Source of the DNA: Kudoa neothunni
Lineage: Eukaryota > Animalia > Cnidaria
Assembly: GCA_964304625.1 (NCBI GenBank)
Contig: OZ199840.1
Coordinates: 6,885,252-6,949,251, forward strand
Length of the DNA stretch: 64,000 nt
Reading direction: 5' to 3'
The notes under the pieces were generated by a model. The model was not told the origin of the DNA, did not search any database, and was given only the letters and a program-made list of their open reading frames with translations. Of the stretch, positions 27,502-41,880 are shown one piece after another; the first letter of the stretch is position 1; the number at the start of each line of letters is the position of its first letter. Made by a program: the position numbers and the translations under genes.

Positions 27502-28636
27502 CAGGAGTCGTCAATCTGTGGCTCGCGAGCCGCATGTGCGTAATATAAATTAAAATATCTAAGGTTAAAGCGTGAAAAATTATATAGTTCTTGGTTGCGG
27601 AACTCATTATTACGTTCAACTTTTGAATTATCATTATACATTAACCGATTTTTATTGAACTGTATGAGTAATGGAGTGTGATATTTGAAAATCATTCTCT
27701 TGCATTAATTTCCTTTTTTCGCAACTTAAAAAAAAGAGATAGAAAAAATTAATGACATGAAATAACTTTTTACTGTGAAGAATTCCTCACTGAACATATT
27801 CCTATACACCCGCACTTATCAACAAGATGAAGTAATTCTAAATGTTCTCATTTTTCTCCAATTTTTGTAAATTAAAAATTATTGTTCATAATAATTTAAA
27901 GTTTCCTCCATTAAAAGGATTTTTATCGAATTGAAACTCTGTAAAATGCAACTTTTTGGGTATTACACAAAATACATCTTATTTACATGCAAATTTTTTT
28001 TAACGTAGACCTAAGAATGCGATGATAGTTTTTTTTTAACGTAACAATTCCTCTTGGCAGGTTTTTAACACAAAGAAATGGTTATTCATACATTTCCATT
28101 AAATTTTATTCATTTAAAATAATTTTGTCGTAATATTGAACATTTCTTAGTTTTACTGCATAGATACCCCATAAAAAATATAGTGGAAACAATTAAATTT
28201 CTAAAAATACTCACGAAATAAGTTATTCTGCCAACTTTAAAAGATTAGATTATTTTGTTTTATTTTTCTCTTTCACTGACGATATTATTCATAAAGATGA
28301 ATTTTTTATTTATCTTCATGGGATTTATTGAAAACAAAATTATAATATTATATCTAATATTATTTGAAACAATATAAAAACTTATTTTAATGTATTTATT
28401 TGTATTATTTCTTTCTGCATCCAAAATATTAGTAATTACAAGAATAGGTGAATTGGCTGTAGAAACACCCATAGATAGGCCAGTTCAATAACTTTCCTGG
28501 AATATATGTTTCTATGGTTTCAAGGATAAATATTTTGATTTTCGAGCACACTTTTAACATTACGTATCCGGAAGTTGAAAAATATTTGTCATTATCAATA
28601 ATTGGCTCTTCCTGTCATATAGGTTGCTGACCTCCG
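27502..28636. mobile_element. Degenerate hAT (Buster/Charlie-like) element
   Basis: Left end CAGGAGTCGTCAATCTGTGGCTCGCGAGCCGCAT and right end TGGCTCTT..AGGTTGCTGACCTCCG both resemble Buster termini. No TSD or intact ORF. Confidence 0.5.
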
Positions 28637-29253
28637 TTATAATGGATTATTTTATTTAAAATAAGCTATAACGTTTTATGATTGAAATAGATTAGTCGAT
28701 TATAATAAATACATTCCGTAACCATTTACCGACGAATGCTGGAGCTATAACACAAATATGAAATGCGCCACTCGTTAAAACTTTGATTGAGATGAAAATT
28801 TAATCTATCTAGTTCAAATAATCACATTTACAGTTAAATCAATTTCTGTCATATGCAAGCATTAAAAATTTTCAAATTGATCATCGCAAAAAGCAAAAGA
28901 AATGAAAAAATCAAGTTCACCTTTCATTTTCGTTCTCATAATATACAATCAAATTTTTAAATTAATATGTACGATGAATTTCAATATCTCAACCACCCAA
29001 TCGGTGAAGATTATTGAAGGAATAATTGAAATAGCAGTAAAGAGCTGTGCGCATGTGTGACTCATCACCTAATACTAATTATTAAGTAATGAAAAGTAAT
29101 TTAGACAACGTTATAGAGAAAAAAATCCAAGCAGAAGTGTATCTTAATGTTTATAACTAATATCAACAAACGAAATTAACAGTAAACCCTATATAAATTG
29201 CGGGTCGTGAGATCTCGTGACTTCCCGTCTTCCGAAAGCCCGAAACGTGGAAT

Positions 29254-29709
29254 ATGTCAATGCAGGTCGTGCTTTTAGCTGAAAATTCTCAATTATTCGA
29301 GACAAAATCTCAAAATACAGTTTCAGTATTGAAAAAGGAAATCGCCGAAAACTTTGGATTGGATGCTAACGATTTGGTTTTATCGCATGAAGGCATAATT
29401 CTTGAGGATGGAGAAACATTAGAGCATTATAATGTTGAGCAGTTGGATGTCTTGAAAATTGGTTCCAAAATACTCGGAGGTAGATTCTAATAACTCTGTG
29501 CCGATCTAATTTATTGTTGGTTAGGTAAGGTTCACGGTTCTCTTGCTCGTGCAGGTAAAGTCCGCAATCAAACTAAGAAAGTCGAAAAAATGGAAAAGAA
29601 AAAGCCAAAAACCGGAAGATGCAAGCGTAGAATTCTTTACAACAAACGATTCTGTACTGCTAAGCCAACTAGAGGTAGAAAAGTAGGACCAAACTCAAAC
29701 AGAAAGTAG
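29254..29709 (+). CDS. FAU: Ubiquitin-like FUBI - 40S ribosomal protein eS30 fusion, 2 exons
   Basis: Exon 1 encodes a Ubl ending ILG-G. After a 45-nt intron (29480-29524), exon 2 reads [48 protein letters not shown] at ~29190. Confidence 0.97.
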
Positions 29710-30334
29710 TTCCATCACTTCAACTCTGTGTTCCATTTTAGAATATATTAACGATTGTTATTGACTTTGTCGTTTGGCGCAATTTTTTGTCATTTTTATC
29801 TGAGTTAACGGAGTTTTTTCCTTCACATTTGTTGTGTAGGTTTTTCTGTAATTTAAAATACTGTAAAGCCACTTTGGATATTCACTCGTTAGCCTATGTC
29901 AGTTAATGTTTGTTTTCTATTCTCGACTAGTTAATGCAATTGACTACTACTGTTTAGTTGTTTTTCGTGTCATTCTATGAGCCGAATTTGATAAATGTGC
30001 AGTTAGTGATTAATTGGCCTAGTTATGATTTTACGTTTCTTGTGAATTTTGGTTTCGATTATATTACCTTTTTGTGATGAAATCGACCTGCTAAGGTAAG
30101 GACAGGAGAGTTTACGCTTTCTCAACCCGCCTTATTATTTTAGGTTAAGTCAATGTTTCCAAATTTTTTATAGATGTGACTCGGCTTTCCCAAATAAGTT
30201 ATGAGGTCCAATTAATATTCAAAATCTTTTTTTGAATTAAGTGAGAAAAAATTTACAACTTTTATCTTATAATATTTTCATCCAACAATATAAACAGTAA
30301 AATATCGTTAGTATTAATTTTTTAACATTGTTAA

Positions 30335-31360
30335 CCCTCCAAGTAAAATGTGGTAGAAATCTACCCCACGTGATGTTCAGAGTCATTTTTTTACCTAATA
30401 AATAAAAGATCAATGTTCAACATTCAGTCTAATCCTGTAACCTTTTTTATAGTATAAATATATAGAATAAATAGGTGTGTTGGTTAATTATAAAAATTTT
30501 TATTTTACACTTCGTTATTGAGGAATCATGAACCGAGAGGATGGATATACAAGAAGCAGTTCAAGATAATAACATATCATAAATAACTGATAGGGGAATT
30601 TTAGATACTGTGAATGATTCTACAGATAAATGTCCGTCTTTGATAGTTATGTAAATTTTATTCATGTTGCGAAATTCACGAAATTATAGGGATAAATTTG
30701 TCAACAGTAATGAAGTTGATAGGTGGACCAAAAGTTGAATTACAAACAGCTATAGATTTTAGCATAAAAAACTTTTTTCTATGATGATAATAATAACGTC
30801 GATACATAGGATTCCAACATAATTTTATGTGAAGTTACACAGTACCATTTATTCACAAACTAAAAAGTAGAATATTTAATATTTTTTTAAATTTTAATGT
30901 TGTATAAATCATTCCGTGAGATATTTATCTTATTGTAAGAATTTTAAAAACGAGTTGGCCAAATAGTTATTATTACACCTTGATATCATGTGGATTTTAT
31001 TGATACAAACTGGTAATGGTAAAGTCCCTGAATTAATGAAACTACATTTATATTCTGCATTTATAAAGGATATTTTTTGGAAAAAATGGTATCGATTGAA
31101 TTATTATTTTAGGAGAAAATGTGCGCCCGGAAAATTAGACACGGCCATAATAAATTGATAATAAATACCCAACTATTTGATGTGTAAATTAGTAGAGTTT
31201 ATACACTCGCAACAATAATTAAAAATTATAGTGTATTCACTATTAAAAATTATTTATTAGGTTTAAAATATATTGTAAATCTCAACAAAAAACGTTGGTT
31301 TACCGAGATATTATTTTCACATAATAAAATTATTAGAGTAAAAAACTCCACCCCTTACCA
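30335..31360 (+). mobile_element. Possible ancient piggyBac remnant
   Basis: TTAA-CCCTCC start and a weak inverted subterminal motif near 31340. The interior is only vaguely transposase-like. Confidence 0.3.
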
Positions 31361-31482
31361 AAAAAATTAAATCATAAAAACAGAAAACTAATTTTGCACA
31401 AAAAATTTTATATCAAAAGAAACACCAAAAATTATATCAAGAGGCTAGCAAAATTAAGAAGATAGCTATTGATTCAATTTGT

Positions 31483-32922
31483 TTATGGTTGCTCCATGAA
31501 GTCGGTTAGTTCATAATTTATTTGTTCAATGATTTCCATATAGGTTCTTTGCTGACATCTAAGAGATATATAGGTGACCAAGTTAGAAAATATCCAAATC
31601 AATGCCAAAGAAGTGTAAAATATGGGGTTGATTGAGTTGAAAATTGTATCTTTTGATATGTAATTTCTCCAAAGGCTCGTTAATAGGCGATAACTCAAAA
31701 GTACTAATATCGCGATCATAATATTATATGCAAAAGAATAAGAAGACTCCTCATGGCCTCTATGTAGAATTCGTTGCATTGTTTTCAGCCCCTCAACTAT
31801 AAATTTTGGGTTGATCGATGATTCGGTTGTATCACTAGTGTAATTCAGTACCACTTCAACACCATAATGATCGGAATAGAAAATTTCTCTCGACGGCACT
31901 TGTTTGAATACTATCTTATAACTATCAGGTTTAAAACGTTTGCTGTGTAATATGTAATCGATTCGATAAGGTAGGTCTCTTTTGCATGAGTATTTGTTCT
32001 GTCGATCGTTACATGTGTAAATTGGTGAACTATTCTAAGGTGTCAGAAATTAGAAAAATATTTAAAGTTTTAGCACACATCATAAAAATGGTCAAATGGA
32101 TCATCCAAATGACATCGTTCAATCAGATGTTTCAACCCAATTTCATGTGATTCACTGTTAAGGTCTCCAACCACAATAATTGCATCGGTAGGTTTTGTGT
32201 AAAGTTGAATCGATCTTGCCAGTAAGTACAGTTGTACAGTACGAACAGAACTGAAATCATTTTCAATGTATTTCGCATGAGTCTAAATATATTTCAATAT
32301 TATGTCATACTATTTCGCATGTGAATAACAATAATAATTCAACATTACATGTGTACCAAACGCATGTATTATGTTATTTGAATGCTCAATTTTGGCGTAA
32401 CATATTGATTTTCTGGAAAACCAATCGCCTCCGGTGTGATATATCATACCAGACTGGGTGTAAGGGATCACCATAGGATCTCGAATACGATATTTGGACA
32501 AAAACATTACGCCAGATCCAATAAAGCCACTAAACAAAGTTGATTGTTGAGTAGATTTAAAACACACTTCAAATGAAAGTATATAGTAAAATTAAAATAT
32601 GGCGACAAAATATGTTTTATTCTTGAAAATTACGAATAGAAATAATGAATAAATGGAAAAGCTTCAGATAATGAGTTCTTATAATTTTCGATATCATCTG
32701 ATATAAATATCTATATTAATTTATCAATTTGTTTTAATAATGAAAATTATCACTTCTTGAAGCACTATAAAATCATAATCTGACTGAAGTAGAGCTACGC
32801 GTATACATTCCATTCTTTCTTTGTAATCAGGTGCCCATGGAAGACCCCTATGTGTCTTCAATCAAAATCCTTACAAATCTAGCCAAAATTTTTTACCAAC
32901 AATTCAATGACAAAACTTTCAT
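31483..32922 (-). CDS. Neutral sphingomyelinase (SMPD2/Isc1-like, EEP superfamily) with two C-terminal hydrophobic helices
   Basis: Spliced product MKVLSLNCWGLPW..DFIVLQEIF..GFIGSGVMFLSKY..GDWFSRK..THTHAKY..IVVGDLNSE..RIDYIL..YSDHYGV. Five GT-AG introns. Includes ORFs 32310-32567 and 31483-31899. Confidence 0.9.
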
Positions 32923-33040
32923 GGATAAGATTTTTTAGAACAATTCTACTTAATATACGCATCAAAATACGTATAACCCAATAGTCAAACGTAGACCCTA
33001 TTTAAAGCGTGACGTTAACCCCTTGTAATGTTAAGTATCT

Positions 33041-33050
33041 CGCGTGCGCA
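33041..33050. promoter_or_regulatory. Candidate NRF1/EWG-like promoter element (representative copy)
   Basis: CGCGTGCGCA lies ~120 nt upstream of the sphingomyelinase ATG. Similar motifs precede four other host genes (see findings). Confidence 0.4.
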
Positions 33051-33211
33051 AGGGATAACTTATTACTTTATTTTATTTTAGAGCTGGTTTAAAACTCTGA
33101 CCTAAATGGAAATATACAACAATTTTTAAAAATAATTTATATAATTTGTTGTCGATCTATTTTTTTCCCCAAGTGTTAATGACTACTGACTGCATAAATA
33201 GCTTCTTATTC

Positions 33212-33246
33212 GATGATGATGATGATGATAATGATAATAATAATAA
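33212..33246. repeat. (GAT)n/(AAT)n microsatellite
   Basis: gatgatgatgatgatgataatgataataataataa seen directly. Confidence 0.9.
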
Positions 33247-34203
33247 GTCTATCTCTGAGGATTATTAACGCAATATTGAATGATGTACATCGTTGTATTT
33301 TTAGGTATATCCTATTGTTATGCCCAATTCAGTGATTTGTATGTTTTTATTTATTATTTTTCTTGAAATCATTTTCCTCTCCTATTCACTATAAAATTGG
33401 CATTGTCTGATACATAATAGCTCGACTGGCCATTCTTTACAAAACGGGACTGTTATCGGAAACTTTCGGAGGAAATCGCGAAAAACACAACACAATAAAT
33501 TATATTAAATAATTATTCATAATTTCTTTAAAGAAAGTGCTACGTTCGACGCCTCTATATTTTTACGGAATATATAATCCGAAATGAAGTCATATAATGA
33601 CTCTTCATTTTTATTTGTAATATCTTGGTACTTCCTTTTAAATCCTCCCCACGTAGCTTCGATCTTATTTGTGTGTACACCAGTACCAGAAATAAACGAA
33701 TATTTGTGACAGACTGTATCGTGAAAAAATCCTAAATCGTTCAGGTGATTATAGCCTCTTCATTTATCAGTCCAGATAACAGAATTCTCTTCAACATTAT
33801 CGAGAATAATTTGTTCCAATACAGAGCTGCTTCTTCTCTTCGTCAGTTCAAAAAAACATTCACCTTCCTCATCTATACCACCAACAATCCAATATTTCTG
33901 GGTTTTTAACAGTCTACCAACATTATATTTTCGTTTAGTCACCGCAGTTCCATCGATCTGGACAACGACATTTGCACCGCCAATTTTTTTTCTCGTCAGT
34001 AATCTTCAATGTGATAATACTCCCTGATAATTCAGACCAATCACATATTGTTTTTGAAGAGAGGATTCCGACGTGCCTTTGTATTTCTTCGTAGGTAACC
34101 TTGCTGAATTGAATTTTTACGAGGAAAAATATAAATAGTTTCCACAGTGGCAGTTTAGATTGCTGAAATATTGATCCAACTCGTAGATTTTGCTTCTTCA
34201 AAC

Positions 34204-37200
34204 TATTGTAAACGCAAGAGAGAGACACCACAAAGCAACAATAACAACAATAATAATAATTGCGCCCCCTAGCTAATGGTTTGTTAATCTCCTGTATTAA
34301 TCTACCAACATAACATCTCTTCATTCCCGGGTTTATTTAGGAGTAAAACAAGTCAAACCAACCTGGTTTCTTTACTTGTCTTGTAGATCTTCTCAAGGTT
34401 GACTCATTTACATCTTCGCTATCAGATGATACACTATCGTCACTAAGATTAGGGTTTTCTACCTCCTCGGCCGTAGAATCTATAATTGGTTCCTCAGTAT
34501 TGGCCACTGGCATTTGTTGTTGATGTATATCTTCTTCTACAGGGTTTGCATCGATCTCATCAGTTGGTTCAATGTACGGAATCATTATCAAATGGTCAAT
34601 ATGCCTTTTTAATTCTCGTCCGTTGGATAACACCAAATATGTAAGAGGTGCAACCGCTTTAAGAACTTTACCCTTAATCCATTTTGGGCCTTTCAAGAAA
34701 CTTCGAATCAGTACAGTTTCACCGGGCTCTAGTACTCGTGTTCCCTTTTCTCTATTCATCCTTGGTTTCTCTAGCTGGATCTTCAACGTGTCGAAGAAAC
34801 ATCTTAGCCTCCTCCCCATCATACGGATTGATGGAGCGATTGATGTTGTGCTGTGTGGTGTGTTTCTATAATGAAGCAGGAAACGATCGATATCTTTTTG
34901 TATGTCACTATCAGATTTATCAAGACATCCTTTGAAGGTCTGTACAAACCTTTCTGCCAGTCCGTTGGAAGATGGATGGTAAGCTGAAATAAATTTGTTT
35001 GATATTATTGCCAGCAGTAAAATCCCTCATTTCTTTGGAGACAAATTGGGGACCATTGTCAGACACCATTGTTTCAGGAATGCCAAGACGTGAAAATAAG
35101 GTCCTCATAACAGAAACCGTTCTATCTCCACTTGTCGAACTCATAGGTATCACTTCAGGCCATTTTGAATAAGCGTCGACCATTATTAGAAAATACAACC
35201 CTTTAATAGGACCAGCAAAATCGAAATGTACTCCTTCCAGTGGATGTGAACAATTCTCCCATTGCAGTACTTTGCTTTTTATAGGCATTTTGCGTTTTTC
35301 TTCTTGGCATGAGCGGCAGCTGAAGTTTACCCTTTCAACATCACGGTCTATGTTAGGCCACCAAACATAACTTCTCGCTATTGCTTTGGTTCTCAATATT
35401 CCCATATGCCCCGCATGCAATTCTTTCAGCACTATACTTTGGAGTGATTTGGGTATGATAATCCGTCCGCCAAGTAGCAATAATCCATTCAAAAACGATA
35501 TCTCATTTTTCCTCTTTTTGAATTGTTCCAGTCCAATTGGTATTTTGCTTTTCCATCCACTCTTGCAATGACTAATAACACTTCTTAGGATTTCATCTGC
35601 CATTGTTTCTCTCGTCAGTTCTTCAAGCGTAAAGTGAAAGTGCCCATGTTTTGAGATGCTTTTAACAACTAATTTATCAATCATATCATTTGCCGTTTCT
35701 AGTTCTTCATTAGCGTCTTTGTTTCTCATAAAAAGGCGAGACAAACAATCAGCAGGAATATTTTCAGACCCGGCTCGATATTTGGTTTCAAACAAGTATC
35801 CAGACAATAAGATTGCCCACCTTTGGATTCTAGCCGCTGCTGCCTTCGGTATCCCATTTTTAGGATTAAAAATGGCTAATAATGGCTTATGATCAGTTAA
35901 CAAGGTGAATCGTCTTCCCTCCAGGTAGTGATGAAACTTCTGAATTGCCCAAATGATCGCCAATCCTTCTTTTTCAATCGTGGAATAATTTTCCTCACTT
36001 TTTGATAGGCTTCTGGAAATAAATGAGATAGGCCTCTCAAGGTTATCGTCCATAACATGGGATAATACTGCACCAATACCACTGCCAGACGCGTCTGTTG
36101 TCAATAATAATTTTAGAGATGGATCAAAATGGACTAGCACATTTTTATTCGAAAGTAAATCTTTTGCTTCTTCAAAAGCGCGGTCATGGATTTCATTCCA
36201 AGTAAACTCATTTTCTTTCTTCAGCAAGTTATACAGGGGTTGGAGTATGGAAGAAAGATTTGGAATGAATTTCCTATAATAATTTAGCATTCCACAGAAT
36301 ATCCTTACGTCCGTTTCATTAGAAGGTTTTTGCATCCTCATCACTGCTTCCACATTTTTTTACTCTTCATTAGGTCTTTTCTGGAAACATTATATCCGCA
36401 ATATTCAATAGATTCGTTAAGGAAAGCACATTTCTCTTTGTTCAGGCTAAGACCATGCTGCTGAAGTATATTCAGCACCCTATCTAACGTTCTCAAGTGT
36501 TCATTCCTCGTTTTCCCAGTAACAATAATGTCGTCCAAATAGCATTGAACATCTGGTATACCATTCAGTGGCATATCCATCGTTCTTTGCCAAATAGCAG
36601 GGACTGACGCCAACCCAAAAGGAAGCCTCTGATATTCAAACAATCCTTTATGTGTTGTGATCGTCAAAAATTCCTTTGAAGAATTCTCAACATCCATTTG
36701 AAGGTAAGCATTTGCTAAGTCAATAACACTAAACGACTTTCCGCCGGCAAGAGTAGACACGATGTCTTCTACCCTAGGTAGTGGATATATATCCACATTT
36801 AGATGAGGGTTCAATGTGACAGAAAAATCAGCACAAATTCTTACTCCACCGCCTTTCTTTTCAACAGCAACTATAGGTGTAGCCCATTTTCTGAACTTGA
36901 TAGGCCTCAATATGCCTGCCTCTACCAAGCGATCAAGTTCTGTTGAAACCATTTCTTTCTTATAAAGCGATATTCTTCGGTGCTTGCAAAAAAACGGGCG
37001 GCGTAGTAGATTTCAGTGATATTGCAGCTTTTGTCCCGTTGAAACATCCAAGTCCGTTCGAAAATAATTTATGATATTTCTTCAACAATCTGCCAATTTC
37101 TTTAGTTTCTATCTTCTTGATCTCTAATGGCCACTTTTCACACAGCACTTCTAGCCAGTCTCTGCCTATGATATTGGACCCATTCATTCCAGTGACAAAA

Positions 37201-38319
37201 AATTCTAGTTTGAGCATCTTTGATCCATAGCATATATCAGCTAAACACGTCCCTCTTATCTCAATATCTGAACCTTCATAGCTTTTAAAACGTTCATATG
37301 ATGGCTTTAGATAGCCACCTATTTTGTTAAATGTTCTCCAATTCAATAAGGTAACAGGGGAACCTGTATCAATCTCCAATTTGACAAATTTTGAGTTTAT
37401 CATAATACGCATAAATAAAGGCGCCACATAATTAATTTCATTCAAAAATTTTTCACTATTGTCATTTATACCAACAGTTTTAACCTTCATTGTTGTAATT
37501 CTCTTCCTGCAGGCTCTATTTATGTGGCCTGTCTTCCCACAATTGTAACAAGTTGCGTCCACAAATTTGCATTTCTTCGGATCGTGGTTTCCGTTGCATC
37601 TGTAACATTTTGGTGAAATTTCATCATTATTCTCTCGATTACCACCAATTTTTCTATTGTAAATTTTTCCAATATTATCATTCATCATCTTTAGCTGCTC
37701 TAACTTTGCTGCTTCTTGGGCAGAAGCTAGTTCAATGGCTCTTTCCAAAGTTACATTCTTTTCCGTAAGGAGTGATCGCTGTGCGCTTGCTAATTCACTC
37801 TTAAGTCCTCCAACAAATTTATCCCTGAGAGCTTCCTTCAAGAATGAGCCAAACTCACATTTTGCACTCATTCTTCGTAATTTCATAACATATTCAGCGA
37901 CAGATTCATTCTCATCTTGTTCGGTTTTCCAGAATGTGAACCGTTCCGAAATAACAAGAGTCTTAGTATCGAAGTGTTCGCTCACCAAACTAGTAATTTC
38001 AGGCATTGTTAGTTTCGTCGTGGTGTTTGGAGCAGCCAGAGTTTTCAGCATTCCATAAGTTGGAGCATCCAAGGTAGAAAGTAACAGGCTTTTCTGCCTT
38101 TCCGGATCAACGCCATTGGCCTCAACCAAGCATGAAAACCGTTCCATGAAGCAAATCCAACCCTCCTCATTAGGGCAAAACATAGGTAGGTTTGTAAGCA
38201 TTCTCGTTGCCAGTATTGTAAACGCAAGAGAGAGACACCACAAAGCAATAATAATAATAATAATCGCGCCCCCTAGCTAATGGTTTGTTAATCTCCTGTA
38301 TTAATCTACCAACATAACA
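34204..38319 (-). mobile_element. Ty3/gypsy (Mag/K02A2.6-like) LTR retrotransposon C, 4116 bp
   Basis: LTRs 34204-34315 and 38214-38319. 5-bp TSD CAAAC, PBS TGGCAACGAG, PPT GGGAATGAAGAGA. Gag with two CCHC knuckles, protease DTGS, RT YLDD, RNase H TDAS and integrase HHCC/DDE. Several frameshifts. Confidence 0.96.
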
Positions 38320-38587
38320 CAAACAACCCGGGCATCGGAAGAAAAACAGATCTTGGCAACTTTTATTTGATATGAGATGCATCATCGTCCCACAAATACA
38401 CGTTTTCTCTGATGAAATTAGACCAAGATTCTGCAATATTTTGATGGTATAAATTGTGTCAATCCTAAAAAATGCATATTCCATCATATTGATGGAATCA
38501 ATATTCTCCAAATCAAAATTTCTCCTGAAGTTTTCCATTTTCCGGGCGCGCGACGAAAGTTTCTGACTGCAGTCCCGTTTTGTGTAG

Positions 38588-41500
38588 TAAAGGCAGTGGC
38601 TATTACCACGGGAATAAATTTCTCTGCAATTAGTATCTCTATTAAATAACTAATTTCACATTACTATTATTTATATTTTTCTCTACTAAATTATGAAAAA
38701 TAAAGAAATTTGAGATGGTTGTAAATTTATGGAAAATAGACGGCTAGTAACATAAATGTTAGCGAATTTAATAGACCAAAACAATATTAACGTTGAATTA
38801 TTTATAAATATTAATCATTTCTAAATTATTGCTTTGAGCCATGCAGTGTAAACATAATTCCACGTGTTTCACGAGTTTGGTTGAACTACAATGAGTGATT
38901 CGAATTCAGACAATTTTCATGTTGGAATAAAATTTGAAACTTTTGAAAGTTTAAAATTTTATATTCAAGAGTATGAGAAAAGTCATTTTGTGAATTTAAA
39001 GATTCGAGATTCAAGAAGAACTGACTCAGTGCAAAACCGGGTTAATCGAAATATTAAAAACACGCTAGTGTATTACGAAATAACTTACGTATGTTACTTT
39101 GGAGCTCATTACCGAAGTAGAGGTAAAGGCGAAGGCAAGAAAAATTCCCTTAGGAGAGATTGCCCATTTAAAGTTACATTAAGAGTAAGTGTAGATGGAA
39201 ATTTCCTGGAGATTAGATCTTCTAACACTGCTCATAACCATCCAAAATGATCCATGGATATATGAAAACTTACCCAGTCAGAGGAAATTAAACCGATGTG
39301 ACGGCTATTTGTCAGAGCTTCTTTCTCTCGGAGCAAACAAAAAGCTCATACAAACCAAGATAAATGACGAGACAGGCAAGAATATACCTTTGAAAGCTAT
39401 CCACAACATTAAAAAATCCTCTAAAGTTAGAACTGATAACATTACTTTAATTTTAGAAATTTTAAAGAATCAATACAATTGCATGGTGAGCGTTTTATCA
39501 GATGATAATAAAAATGTTTGTGGAATCTTTTTTATGGATAAACAGATGCCCAACACAATTAATTTCTTTCCAGAGCTACTCATGCTTGATGCAACCTATA
39601 AACTTCTAGAATCACAGTAACCTTTGGAGGTTTTCTCTATTTCGTTGTTTTATTAGTTCATTAGTGCGCCATTGTATCTGTCTGTTGCAGAAGACTCGGG
39701 TTGGTGAAAACCCACATAACTAGCGGCTGCATCTTGTATGATGAAAACGGCGGAGTCAATTAAATGGTATATTTCTCAAATAATAAAAATGATGCCAAAC
39801 ATGACTCAAAATGTCCGAACGATCATTACTGACAAGCACCACACTCTAACGAAGTGGTTGAAAGAATTATTTCCAAACTCCAATCTAATGATCTGCATAT
39901 TTCATGTTTCTCAAAGTTTCAGACGTGAAATAACTATGTCGAAATACGGTATCACTCGAGAGAAAAGGGACCAATTGCTTGAAACTCTTAATAAAATTAT
40001 CTATTCGGAAAATAAACATGAATTCGATAAACTATACAATAATCTTTTTCAACAAAGCAACGATAAGTTTATTAACTATTTTAAATCCAATTGGGAACCA
40101 ATCGCTGATGAATGGGTCATAGGATTAAGTGAAGCACATCATTTCTATGAAAACTTGACCAATAATAGATTAGAAGCCATTAATGGTCAATTAAAACAAA
40201 CAATAAAGAAATTTTCAAATCTTAATGATTTTTTCCGTTATTTCTTTGATGCTCTCAAATCAATGGGAATAGAAAGGAAGTACAATATAACCAAAATATT
40301 ACTGAACCCAGTTAATTTTGATACCTCAAATGAAGTTCTAAACGCGTATTTTAATCATTTAAATCCATTTGCCTTCAATATAATCCACAAATAAATTCAA
40401 AATTTTAACGAAAACACGAATACAGATAGTTTAACTACATCCATGAGATGTAATTGTTATATTTAGAGATCGTACCTCCTTCCATGTAGTCGTATTTTTA
40501 AAAAGAGAGCGTTTAACCTGCTTCCAATGTTCGATTCAAATCGATACCACCCTAGATGGTCAAAAGATTACATGAGCCAATTCTTGGAAATTGGAACTAT
40601 TAAATATCACTCCAAATAAGAGAATTTCAATAAAGCCCAAAGGAATTTTTAATTATTATGGAAAAAACTTAAAAAACTCTGTGATTTACACAAATAAGTT
40701 AGCAGCGTTGCCCGCTGAATATTGTGGGGAGTTTTATGATAGTTGCCTATCACTATTCAACACAATAGAAAAAGCAATCAAGAACCACGACATCAAATTA
40801 ATAAAACAAATAAATCAATTAGGTAACTTAATTTTTCTCGATTTATTTTTAGTAAATCGCACCATTGAAAACTCCGAGGCTTTAGATGAAGATGGAGATA
40901 TTACTGAAGGAAGAGGTATAAGACACTTAATTTAAATACATTACTCGTATCTAAATTACAAAAAATAGATGTTATTGGGAATATTTTTAATTCTCAAATA
41001 ATTGTTGAGGGTGTTGGTAATAATATTGTTCCGCAAGGTGAGGAGAGTATCGAGAATATTATTGTTAATAATATTTCAAATGAAAATGCTCTCGAGATCC
41101 AAACTGTTTTATCTAAAGATCAATTAGCACCTACTTTAAATATGATCGAGCTTGCTGTTACTTTCATTTCATTTCCTTTCTTTTTTTAAATTATTTTAGC
41201 CTTAAAAATTCCCTCTCGAGTGAAGTCTGTTGGGTGACCAAAGGGATACGCTTTAACCACTATTGGATACAAAAAGAAAACTAAATTTTCTTAGATATCT
41301 CATTATTTATTTGACTAGGATAGCCATTGTTCATCGTGTTATATTTATCTAATTTCTGAAAAATGACCTAATTATGATTAATTTTCTCAAAATTCTTGTC
41401 TATATTGAAATCTAAAGAGTAAAATTCACATCATTTCTGTGAAATATAATGAGCATATTTTATCTTAAAGTTCATAATTTATGAATAGAATACAATAAGT

Positions 41501-41880
41501 CACATAATTTAAACATTATAAAGATTGGAAATAAATAAAATAACGCGAGGTTGAATATATCATGTGGAAGCGCGCGCTTCTGGAGTAATGTCAGACCTAC
41601 AAAACACACAAAATTCGTCAACTTTAACCTTATTATTGATAGAAAATGATACAATACAATTTTGATCATGTATTAAATTAAGATTAATAAATCTTTCATT
41701 TAATTATGGAAAGCGATCAATGAAATAAACAATATAAATATGTAAAAAAAGATATTCTCAATTGTTACCTAATTCTATAATTTAGTAGAGAAAAATATAA
41801 ATAATAGTAATGTGAACTTAGTTATTTAATAGAGATACTAATTGCAGAGAAATTGATTCCCGTGATAATAGCCAGTGCTT
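38588..41880 (+). mobile_element. MULE/Mutator transposon (ZSWIM3-like transposase), disrupted
   Basis: ~100-bp TIRs and a 9-bp TSD TTTGTGTAG (38579-38587, 41881-41889). ORFs contain CPF..HNH, FPELLMLDATYKL, IITDK, CIFHV, TNNRLE and a decayed SWIM (CNC..LPC). Confidence 0.92.
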
